NCBI GenBank assembly: GCA_013239625.1
Contig: MU053995.1
Coordinates: forward strand, 186,001 to 250,000
DNA from: Lama guanicoe
Taxonomy: Eukaryota
DNA length: 64,000 nt
Reading direction: 5' to 3'
In this document: in pieces, positions 25,187-35,859 of the stretch
Layout: the number at the start of each line of letters is the position of its first letter
How positions within the stretch are numbered: the stretch's first letter is position 1
Position numbers and translations under genes: made by a program
Notes under the pieces: generated by a model
Database searches by the model: none
What the model was told of the DNA's origin: nothing
What the model saw: only the letters and a program-made list of their open reading frames with translations

Positions 25187-26307
25187 CAAATGGGACCTAA
25201 TGAAACTTACAAGCTTCTGCAGAGCAAAGGAAACCAGAAATAAAACAAGAAGAAAACCTACAGAATGGGAGAAAATTTTTGCAAGTGAAACCGACAAAGG
25301 CTTGATCTCCAGAATATATAAGCAGCTCATACGACTCAATAAGAAAAAAATAAACAACCCAATCCAAAAATGGGCAGAAGACCTAAACAAGCAATTCTCC
25401 AAGGAAGACATACAAATGATCAAAAAGCACATGAAAAAATGCTCAATATCACTAATTATCAGAGAAATGCAAATCAAAACTACAATGAGGTATCACCTCA
25501 CACCAGTCAGAATGGCCGTCATTCAAAAATCCACAAATGACAAATGCTGGAGAGGCTGTGGAGAAAGGGGAACCCTCCTACACTGCTGGTGGGAATGCAG
25601 TTTGGTGCAGCCACTATGGAAAACAGTGTGGAGATTCCTCAAAAGACTAGGAATAGACTTACCATATGACCCAGGAATCCCACTCCTGGGCTTGTATCCA
25701 GAAGGAAATCTACTTCAGGATGACACCTGCACCCCAATGTTCATAGCAGCACTATTTACAATAGCCAAAACATGGAAACAGCCTAAATGTCCATCAACAG
25801 GTGACTGGATAAAGAAGAGGTGGTATATTTATACAATGGAATACTACTCAGCCATAAAAACCGACAACATAATGCCATTTGCAGCAACATGGATGCTCCT
25901 AGAGAATGTCATTCTAAGTGAAGTAAGCCAGAAAGAGAAAGAAAAATACCATATGAGATCGCTCATATGTGGAATCTAAAAAACAAAAACAAACAAACAA
26001 ACAAAAACAAAGCATAAATACAGGACAGAAATAGACTCATGGACAGAGAATACAGACTTGTGGTTACCAGGGGGGTAGAGGGTGGGAAGGGATAGACTGG
26101 GATTTCAAAATTGTAGAATAGATAAACAAGATTACACTGTATAGCACAGGGAAATATACACAAAATGTTATGATAAATCACAGAGAAAAAAATGTGACAA
26201 TGAGTGTGTATATGTCCATGAATGACTGAAAAATTGTGCTGAACACTAGAATTTGACACAACACTGTAAAATGATTATGAATCAATAAAAAATGTAAAAA
26301 AATAAAA
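25187..26307 (+). mobile_element. Young 5'-truncated L1 with a perfect 16-bp TSD
   Basis: Uninterrupted 259-aa ORF2 C-terminus (25200..25979) with CCHC motif; TSD agaaagcaaacatata at 25171-25186 and 26308-26323. Confidence 0.95.
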
Positions 26308-26475
26308 AGAAAGCAAACATATAAACAAGTTATGTCATATAACTTACAATGTTTCTATGAGGTCAGGAATTTATTTTAGTGTCTAGAACAGTGCCTGGTG
26401 AGGTGCTCAGTAAATGTCTGTTTTATTAATAAAGTAAAGAATACATGAAATATATGTAAATGAGTTATAAATCTT

Positions 26476-26600
26476 TGGGAGGGGGGAGCGGAAGGGCAGG
26501 TTAATTAGGTTTATTTATTTTTAGTGGAGATACTGGGGGTTGAATGCAGGACCTCATACAGGCTAAGCCTTTGCTTTACCACTTGAGCTATAGGCTCCCT
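26476..26600 (-). mobile_element. Vic-1-like SINE
   Basis: Reverse-complement tRNA-like head and attaggtttattt tail. Confidence 0.75.
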
Positions 26601-27142
26601 GAAATGAGTTCTAAATCTTAACTAAGGGAGATATAGCATTTCTTGTCACTTAATGATAAGGACATAAAGCTTAAGGGTACACAAAAAACAACCATAAAGC
26701 AACAAAATCTTTATGATCATATAAAACACACTCTTAGCAGTGTTAGCTAGTCAGAAGCTGCAAAGGAAGCCATTCCTCTACTCAACCACAGTCTCTAATA
26801 CTGATCATTTGTTTTTTCCAGCATGAATAATGAACACTCAAGAAGGTGTCCTTGGTGGGCAGCACAGAATTTATCTTCATTTGTCTTGATTTTACTTACT
26901 ACAATTCTGTACAGCTATAAAAGCAATCATATGCAAGGCAAAGTAGAGAAAAGAAAACAGAAAGTTGGGAAACACAGGAGGCCAGTACACTGCCACAGAA
27001 GTAGGCACTTTTTTTTTTAATTGGTAATGGTGGGATTTAAAACAACAAAAATCCCTGAACTCTCTAGGAAAGAAACACTTCCAAATGGAAACCTGTCTGA
27101 GTTGAGGATATGGTTTATAAAGATGTATGTCAAACAATGAAA

Positions 27143-27162
27143 TTTATTGAAAAATATTTATT
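27143..27162 (-). terminator. Candidate WWC3 polyadenylation signals (two AATAAA), giving a ~1.8 kb 3'UTR
   Basis: tttatt on + at 27143-27148 and 27157-27162 below repeat-free UTR-like sequence; another lies at 27706-27711. Confidence 0.4.
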
Positions 27163-28902
27163 TGGAGTATTGCTATATTGGCCCTGAGACAAAAATAAAT
27201 AAATATCTGCATGCTCTATAATCCAGTAGCAGGCAGTTCTCTGTTGGATTTTAAAGTTTCAATAGTTCAGGAAAGGTAGAGAGGGAATAACTGTCTTCAT
27301 TGGTTTAGCCAAGCTGTTTGCTTGGCCGCTAATTTCCAGTAAGTAATGCTTTGTAAGTCTTTACTTCTACTGTGAGTATACTAAGAAACTGACAAAAAAA
27401 AACCTTAAAAAATAAAGATTTTAAGCACAAATAGATAGCAACAGATCACATCTGTTAGCAGCATAAAGCTTTCAGTCAGTACTACTGACAAACTAATGTC
27501 CATATTATGTTTAACATCAATGAAATGAGATTTTAAAAATTACATATTTAATTCAATTTCAAAGAAAGGCAGGTTACACTAGGGAAGACATTACACACTA
27601 ATCAAAAAAAAAACCTATGATTAAGAAATTTTCAAGGGAAAAGAGAGAGAGAAGAAATACACAGGAAGAGTTGGATTTTCTTTTACATTTGTGTGACTTT
27701 CCTAGTTTATTAATCCAAAACTTCATGGAGAAGACTGCATTTTATATATAATTAGTATACATTAGGCAAAATGTTATATCATCTGGCATTTTATAAGAAT
27801 ATTTATGAGGTATTATTAAATAGAAATATCTTTTGTCATGAACTAGTTCTAAGATTTCCGAAGAGATACTGGGTAGACCCCAGTGGGGGGTGCGGGGGCT
27901 CTGATTTAAAGCACACACTCTCCTGGGAGTGACTCGCTGGGTAAGTTGCGTTACCCACAGACGCCTGCTTCTTCAAAAGAGCGCCTTCAGAGGCGGTCAG
28001 GTCTACGTGGTGACTGTGTCCATCAGCGGGGCCACTGCTCCACTGAGATCGCGTGTTCCTACGTCTCCTCTCAGGTTCCATCAGGACAGAGCGGCAGAGC
28101 GGGGCTCCACCACCACCTTCCTGGTTGGTCAGGATCAGATGCAGCGGACTCAAAAGGCGGGGCTGCCCGAGGCCGGGTGAGGACGGCTATGTGGCTGGTC
28201 ACCGTGGACAGGCCACGGGGGCTCGGGAACCGGCTTCAGACTCGCGGTGCGCGTGGAAAGGCGCACGGAAGGCAAGACGGAAACGAGGGGCCATCGTGGG
28301 AGAGCGAGGTCTGCCAGGCGCACACGGCACTGACTGGGGCTGAACCCCCGCGCGTGGCATCTTAACAGAACACAGAAGGTGTGAAACTTACAATGAACGT
28401 GATAAATGCACACACGGGAAACGGACATGAGTGACGAGTTTAGCACAGAGCATTTGCATTTCAGGTGTGAGAAACAAAACCGGCCCCAAAGTTCCATTCT
28501 ACTGCATGACAAATACTGAAGAACAAAATTTCAGTCTTAAAATATATCTTAAAGTCGGTATTTTCCTTCAAGGAAAAAAAAAGTACTATAAATAAATTAC
28601 AATACAGTGAATTTGCCTGAACTCACTTCGTTTCTGTCTTCCAGCCTTTAAGTCAAATAAAACAGCGTAAAAACTGTACACTCTTAACATGATAGTTGAT
28701 CTTTTATAAAATAACCTGTCTTCAGAGATGTCAATTTCACAAGGAAAAATCAAGCCCTGTTGCCATCACTATCATAAAATGCATATTTATAGACTTTAAA
28801 AATCAAAATGTGTATATTAATAACTTTGCACACATATTTTAAATACAAACTTAGCTACTCTAAGAATTTCATGGAAATAAAACAGGCAGATACAATGCAT
28901 CA

Positions 28903-28969
28903 TTAAACATCATTAACTGGCAGAGGAGGTATGTTAATCGTTGGTCTCGTGAAAAATGCTATCTTCTCC
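28903..28969 (-). CDS. WWC3: WWC3 terminal coding exon EKIAFFTRPTINIPPLPVNDV*
   Basis: acccag|G GAG AAG ATA GCA TTT TTC...GAT GTT TAA. Confidence 0.93.
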
Positions 28970-29772
28970 CTGGGTTTGGAAAGAATTACAGGTTAGAACA
29001 TGATCTGGAGACACTGAGACTTGGCAATAAGCTCCCATATCAGTGATGGCTTTTCTTTTTCACAGAATAACTAGAATTTGAATTTCCATATCTGTTTGTA
29101 TACAAATTTTCAAAATTTTAATACTATGTATGTATTACCCATATGAGGACAGGGATTTATCTCCAGTGCCTAGAACAGTGTATATGTTTAGGAAGTGATC
29201 AGTAACTGTCTACTAACCCATGAATAAATTTTAAAAGTATATGATTATATGAATTCTAAATAAGAACTTTAGAAAGTAGTTATAAGCATCTTATATTACT
29301 TTATGATAGACAAAAATTAAAGTTACTGAGAAATTCAAAGCTAAAACAGTCAGGCAACTATATTGATAATGACACTTTCCTATAGTCTAGGATACTTTAA
29401 AGTTAATTTTAAAAGCAAAGATAAACATACATCAACACATGTAAATTACGGCAAACCAAAAAAAAAAACTGTTATAAGAGCAGGTAAGTAAATTATGTTC
29501 ACTAGATGAAATTAGTAATAAAAAAATAGGTTATGTAACAATATGTGGTAACACTTAATAAGCTAAATGCAAAATTTAAAATAACTGGCATAAAAGAGCT
29601 ACAGAAAAAAAAAAAAGAAGAAAAGCTGGGTAAATCTTGCCAAGGCTAACAGCAGTGAGAAGTCCTGCTTTGTTCTCCTGGGGGTCGTTTTCAGTCCTGC
29701 CTTTACTTTTATAAGGACAAGGGTTTGAGTGTAAAGAGCCAGAGGGAAAGTGAGGCCTGGGCTTCTGCCCAC

Positions 29773-29900
29773 CTGAATGTCTGCACTTGGATGGGCTCCT
29801 TGAGGTTCTTCCCGCGCAGCTGGCACACCCCTTTGGAGGCCTTCTTCAGCATCTTCTCTGCTGCCTGCTCTTGATGGAAGTCAAGTTTGGTCTGTCTTGT
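29773..29900 (-). CDS. WWC3: WWC3 exon TRQTKLDFHQEQAAEKMLKKASKGVCQLRGKNLKEPIQVQTFR
   Basis: ttccag|ACA...AG|gtgggc, 128 nt, phase 0-2. Confidence 0.93.
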
Positions 29901-30239
29901 CTGGAACACAGGATGGACAAGCTGGTTTGACTTGTAGCTTTCAGGAAGAGTGAATGCAGCCCCTTCCAGCTCTGGGGACACAGAGAGCAGAAAGGCTGGC
30001 CTGATCGGTGGGCTCCCCCCAGGGAATCCTCCTGGGAGCTCCTCTGAGGTCATGGCCAGCAGACAGGGAACCCAGGGACCCTCCCTCCAGGCCCCTAACA
30101 CGGCTGTGTTGGAACCACCAAGGACAGCAACCCCTGACCAGAGGATGGGGACCCCGGCTCTCCATGGGGAGGCTTGATGGGTCAAGCAGAGCTGGCCCAG
30201 ATGCTGGGTATGATGGGGCTGCCACGCCAGGCTCCTCAC

Positions 30240-30467
30240 CTGCCTCTCGGCCTCCCGCAGCAGGCTCTGGAAGCACTCATCGCGCAGCACCCAGGCCGGG
30301 AGGTCAGTGTGGCCTTGCAGCTGGGCGTCCTCCAGATGCTGGCGCAGCTCGCATAGGGTGCCCAGCTCCTCGTTCAGCTGCCGCTGCCGCGTCCACAACG
30401 CCTGGAGGTCCAGTTCTAGGTCCAGGGACAAGTGGGCCATAAGCTCAGCCACCAAGGACCTGCAGGG
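30240..30467 (-). CDS. WWC3: WWC3 exon PCRSLVAELMAHLSLDLELDLQA...LLREAERQ
   Basis: ccacag|CCC...CAG|gtgagg, 228 nt, phase 0-0; overlaps ORF 29709..30455. Confidence 0.93.
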
Positions 30468-31404
30468 CTGTGGAAACAGCTACGAATGGGCAGGTGCCGA
30501 GATAATGACAGCCTAAGCCCTTCTAGAACACAAGGGAAGCAATTACTGGAGGGAGATTTCTCTTAGTATGGCCCAATACTAATACAACATCAATCTGGGT
30601 GAGATGATGCTAAACCTCCAGTCTAGCAAGTCAGTGACAGCAGTCTGTTTGCTTTAATGAAGACCTTATGGCTTTTTGTAAGTGCAGAGCCACAGACTTT
30701 TATACCACACTGGAAGAATTAAAAACGGGTACACTCTTCCTGAACTGTTATTTGACCATGCTTTAAATAACTACAGTGTACATTGTCTTTGGTTCTAAAA
30801 TGTCAATGCAAAGGTGGTCTGATTAACGTTTACAATTGGGAAAAAAAACTGTAAGTGTAACAAGTAAGTTAATTAAATAACTTGCAAGGCTAGCATAAAA
30901 TTTTACCATTTCAAACAGCTGGAAAAAAATTGCTAATGTGGAAACATTGTGATGATTCACTGTACAAGCAGGAAAGTAAATTAAAAAACCAATGAGTACC
31001 TTTTTTCCTTCAAAAATTTAACATACAGATATGTGTGCAATGTATAACGAATCAAAACTCTTCCATGCTACAAGTCTCAGTTAAACAAATATGCTGTGCT
31101 CATTAAGTCATAACATGAAAAAAGATTCCGTATGTGTGGTTTTGGGCCAGAGCTTTCCATCTAACTGGAAAAATCCCCAAGGATGATAGTTATTACAACA
31201 AAATCATAAACCCATGAGCATAACAGCATTGTTTATTGGACAGTAAAATTTATGTGTAACATTCTTTAAACACATACTTTGTAACACTTTTAAACAACAA
31301 TACTATTTTATGTGTATGTATGTATTATAACACAATTTAAATGAAACATAAGCAGTGACTTAATAAACACAGATACATTTTAAGGAACAAAAAATTCATA
31401 GTTC

Positions 31405-31610
31405 AGTAGCCCTCTTATAGGGGGCAGCTGTGAGATGCCTTGCAAAATCTGCCAGCACTTGTGATTGTTACTAACAGGAAAGGATTACTATTGCCAAGAA
31501 GCAGAAGAGACAAGGAATGCTGCTACAAGTTCTGATACAATGTGAAGCCCCTACAACAAAGAATGATCTGTCCTCAAATGTTACTAGCGTTGCTGTTGAG
31601 AAACACTTGT
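31405..31610 (+). mobile_element. MER20-like hAT DNA transposon fossil
   Basis: cccctacaacaaagaatgatctgtcctcaaatgttactagcgttgctgttgagaaac resembles the recalled MER20 end. Confidence 0.6.
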
Positions 31611-31959
31611 GACTGAATTATGTATTAAAATTATCAGTCATCAGCTACTCTTAAGCACAACTACCCCCATAGTAATATGGGACTTTTTATTTTTCATTAA
31701 AAGCATACTTGTATGTTAAAGCCAGATAACTACTAGCTTACAAACTGAAGTAGCAATGCTTTGCAAAGTGGTATGGTGTGGGAAATCACTTGGTGGTTAA
31801 AGAAAATAAAACCATGAAGAAGAACCTCAGATGTTTAAAACCTCAAGATTTTAAAACTATGTACATGCTCCTGTGAAAAGGAATTCTTATTACATAGAAA
31901 TGGTTGTTTCCTAGTACTGCATTTAAGAATATAAAGATGATATTATTATAATAAATACA

Positions 31960-32460
31960 TTTCATTATTATTATCAGATATTTTATACTTGAAAATTAGC
32001 CAACTTGCTAAAGTTCTTTTTAACCCCAAAATCAATACGTGGGGCATTTTCATGGTCATTCATAGATATGCAGTGCAGAGAGGCAAAAACTTTGCATCTC
32101 CTGATGAATTTGTTTCCAGCTGAGGTCAAGAAGGCAATCTTTCTATTTCAGCTCTCAAATTTTAAATAGTTGTTCTTTTCACAGTGTATTGTGCCATATT
32201 TTCACCCTTTTTCTGGTAACTTCACTATTCAAAATGACTACAAAGGCATTTTTTTTCCTGATGGTTCATCTGGTGATTCTAAGGGGAAGAAGGCTGTATA
32301 TACTCTGGAGAAAATATCTCTTATATGAGCTTTATTCAGGAACTGTAGTCCTGATGCCCATGAGTTCAATGTGAATGAATCAACAATATATATTAAAGTG
32401 TCTGTAAACAGAAAAACACATAAAACAAGATTATGACTTGACTGATGAAATTACATTTGT
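31960..32460. mobile_element. TcMar-Tigger family DNA transposon fossil
   Basis: aaccccaaaatcaatac...ccagctgaggtc...tttcagctctca resembles the recalled Tigger consensus. Confidence 0.55.
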
Positions 32461-32567
32461 GAAGTAAATTAAAAATAAAAATATTATTTAAAATATTATT
32501 TTTAATTAATATTACCTTCAAAATTAGCAAAAACAAAGACTTCAATTTTAGTCTATAGAGTACATAC

Positions 32568-32660
32568 CTGTTTATAGCAAAGAGTTCGTCTTTCCAAAAT
32601 GTTTCGGACAAATGGGCACTTCCGGGGTAGCGCTGAACTGTCACTGTCACTACGATAAAG
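32568..32660 (-). CDS. WWC3: WWC3 exon LYRSDSDSSALPRKCPFVRNILERRTLCYKQ (aPKC-binding region)
   Basis: gtgcag|CTT...CAG|gtatgt, 93 nt, phase 0-0. Confidence 0.93.
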
Positions 32661-33912
32661 CTGCACCAAAAAGAACAAGTTTCAGACACACTTTGTCAGA
32701 AATTCAACACTCATTCTCTGTATGTATTATGCTTTGAATTCTTTCTTTCTTTTTTTTTTTTTTCCACAGAGATAATGAAGTAAATGTGTCTTCTGGAGCT
32801 TTTGCCCAGTCTTTTGGTTTTAGTTAAGCTACTGAAGCATTCAGGTGAAACACAAAATACCAGAAAAAAAGCAAAATGAAAAACACCAGCCCTCCTTCAC
32901 ATCCATCATCAGAACTAACTGAAGTTTCCAGCCTAATCGAGCCAACACAATTTTCGTCCTGTCAATGCCAACTCCACTTGATATGGTGTGATACTCATAA
33001 GAGCCCACACTGCTCTCAGCACTTGTCACTTTGTATCAATCATTCTTGATCAGTCTCAACTGCTGTGTTTCTAATTTGCCAAGAGCTGGGAAGAAATAGT
33101 GTCCCAAAAAAGAGCCTCATTCCTGGTACCAGGACAAGCCCACACCACTAACTAATGCCAGCTCTGCTGGTCAAAGGAAAAGGCTTGCTTTTCAAAAGAA
33201 AATAAATAATGCCAATTTCAAGGGAGCTGATTAAATCATGCATTTCATTTGGTAGCAGGTTCTCACTTCAAGATCAATGTGTATCTGTGAGAAAGTAAAC
33301 TCCCTGCCTTCATGTTCATATTTTCCACGCCAGTGTAACTCAGATCTCTGGAGACGCTGAGGCATTGCGTTAACGTGCCTCCCAATCATCACAAACATGT
33401 ATAAAAACAGAGACCTCTAAAAGCATCACAGTTAGTGCAGGCCTTCATGCCAGGACTGTCTCTGGGCATGTAAAGGGCCTCCTCCTTCATTCTGCTTCCT
33501 TCTCAAAAAGCCAGCTAGAGTCTGCTCTGCAGGGCTCGGACAGGAGTCAAGGATAAGGAAGGGTTGTGAGGAAAGCCTTCTATCCTGCACTTCTGGCTAC
33601 TCAATTAAGCTTTGGGCCTGGCAGGACTGCAACCTGAAGGGACACAAGTGCTCGAGCCTGACCCTGGATGCCCGGGGCATCAGCCTGGACATCCCACTGC
33701 ATCAAGAGAAGGGTCTCACAACTTGAAAATGTGGCCACTGGAACCTATCTCCTGCTGTTTCCTTCTGTGAGGAGAGGATCACCCTCCCAAAGAAAGGGTG
33801 GCTCCTTGCTCAGCTCTTGGCAGTCGCCTCTAAGTCCCGAGAATGTCCTAAGTATCTTTGTTGACATGGGACCTTGGTCCAAGGCATACAGTCCTGGCTA
33901 ACAATGTGATTA

Positions 33913-34275
33913 CTGTGGGGGCCCAGGGCCACCAGCTTGATGCCTGAGGTGCTGCAGACTAGAGTCAGCCGTGCAGGCAACCAGCTGTGCTTACCTAATC
34001 AACCCCCACAAAGCTTGATGCAATACCCTGCCTGGCAGGATCCTGTGCATGTTGTCACTGGTCACTACTCAGAGAAGCTAGCGCTCCAGCATGACTCCCC
34101 TTGGGTGAGAACAGCTGGAAGCTGGTGCCTGGACTCTCCAAAGGACAGCCCTCTGCACCTCTCCCTCCTTGCTTCTGGTCCACACCCTGCAATGAAAGAT
34201 GGTAGGATCAGTTTCTCAGAATTCACAGAGTCCTAGCAAATTTCAGAGGCTAAGGGTGGACCTGGGGAGCCCTTA
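33913..34275 (+). mobile_element. MER21-like LTR fragment
   Basis: catgttgtcac...gactccccttgggtgagaacagctggaagct...ggactctcc. Confidence 0.5.
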
Positions 34276-35277
34276 ACTGCACTCCCAGTCTCCTGGGCAG
34301 GTCTGAGGGTCTGTTTCTCTCCTACGATCTGACCCTGGCTTTGCCCTAAAGGAGCAGCTTCCCAGCAGCCCCTTGAAGGGAAGGTGCTTCTCCAACAGGC
34401 CCGGCTCAGAGGAGGGGAAGGTCACAGCCCTCCTCAACCCCGACGCCCTCTCCAGGCCGCTGCCTCGTGACCACTCATCCTCCACGATGCTTTCCTCTCC
34501 TAGTCCGTGCAGTCACTGTCCCACAGCCACAGTCAGCCAACCTCCAACGTGCTGTCCTGCTTTATGTGCCACAGCACGTGGGGTCTCCCGCACTACCTAT
34601 CCCAGCATCCTCAACCCTGTGTGCACATCAGAACCACAGGGAGCTTCCCAAACCTGTGCTACTGGCCCCTCCCCACCCATGCTCCTGAGGACTCCTGGGG
34701 GTGGAACCCAGGCACAAACATTTTGTGAAACTCCCTTAACATGACTGGTTTGCAAGGTGAAGCCAAGGTTGAGAACCATCCAGCGTCTCCCACTACCACC
34801 CACAGGGTGCAAATTTACAAGTGGGGGGTCAGACCTCCTGCCTTGGCACCCTGAGTCTTCAGGGCTGTGACCTTCCTGGGACCCCCGATACAGCTCTACT
34901 TCAAAGCTCCTAACCACTCAGTGAACTGCCTTCCTGATCTCAACCCTAGGCAGGACAGTCCCTGTTTCCATCTGTTACTCCTCAGACTGATGGAGCAATG
35001 ATTCGCCCTGCTTCCTGACCGGGAGCTTGTGCACACCCAGCACTACGAATCTGGGGGGACACACCAGGATCCTGAAGAAATCCAGACTTAGATTTGCACA
35101 GGGCAGCAGGGTGAGGAAACCAACACCAATTTCATGCCCACACATGCAGGGTGCTCGCTGATTGGTATTATTTGTGAGAACAGATATGCCTTTTGGCATA
35201 AAGAAGTGAAAAATAAAACACAATCTAAAAGAAATAAAGAAAGCTGTTAGACAAGTGGCAAAGGAACTTCAACCTAC

Positions 35278-35439
35278 TCTGCAAATGTACTGGCTTTGTG
35301 CTCCAGGCGAGAAGGTCTGGGAACGGACGATTGTGCTGCTGTGGACGAAGGGCGAGCCACGGGTCCGGCGGCCGGGCCTCTCCTTCAGAATACTCACTAC
35401 TTCTAGGAAGAGATCTTCTGTGTTGGTTTCCTTATCAAC
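35278..35439 (-). CDS. WWC3: WWC3 exon VDKETNTEDLFLE...GSPFVHSSTIVRSQTFSPGAQSQYICR
   Basis: atctag|GTT...AGA|gtaggt, 162 nt, phase 0-0; VDKETNT and RSQTFSPG motifs. Confidence 0.92.
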
Positions 35440-35859
35440 CTAGATAGCAATTGATTTGTTAACATGACTTTTTCTAGAGTGCAAGCAATCAACTTCATGT
35501 GAACCATTTTTCCCTTCTGCACTTGGAATTATAACTGGCATTTCACACTGAACACATCCAAAACAGAACTTCTGACACCCCCCACACACCTTTTCCTTTG
35601 ACAAGGGTCTCCACTTTCCATATGTTCCAGCAGAGAAATGTTCATGTCACTGTGGACCCATCTCTGTCATATACCCTCTATCCAGTCCAATATCAAATTC
35701 TGATGACTCTATGTTCCAGATTAAGCCTGTAATGACCTCCTGTCACCAACCCTCCACCTGGGTCACTACCATCTTGTGTCTCTTCCAGATCCCATGCCTC
35801 CCTCCTCCCTTCCAACTCTTGCCAACACAGCAACCATGGACATCCTGGTAAAACTGAAG

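Noticed and set aside
29709..30455. 248-aa ORF as a single-exon gene
   Set aside because: It is two WWC3 exons plus a 339-nt stop-free intron with canonical splice sites.
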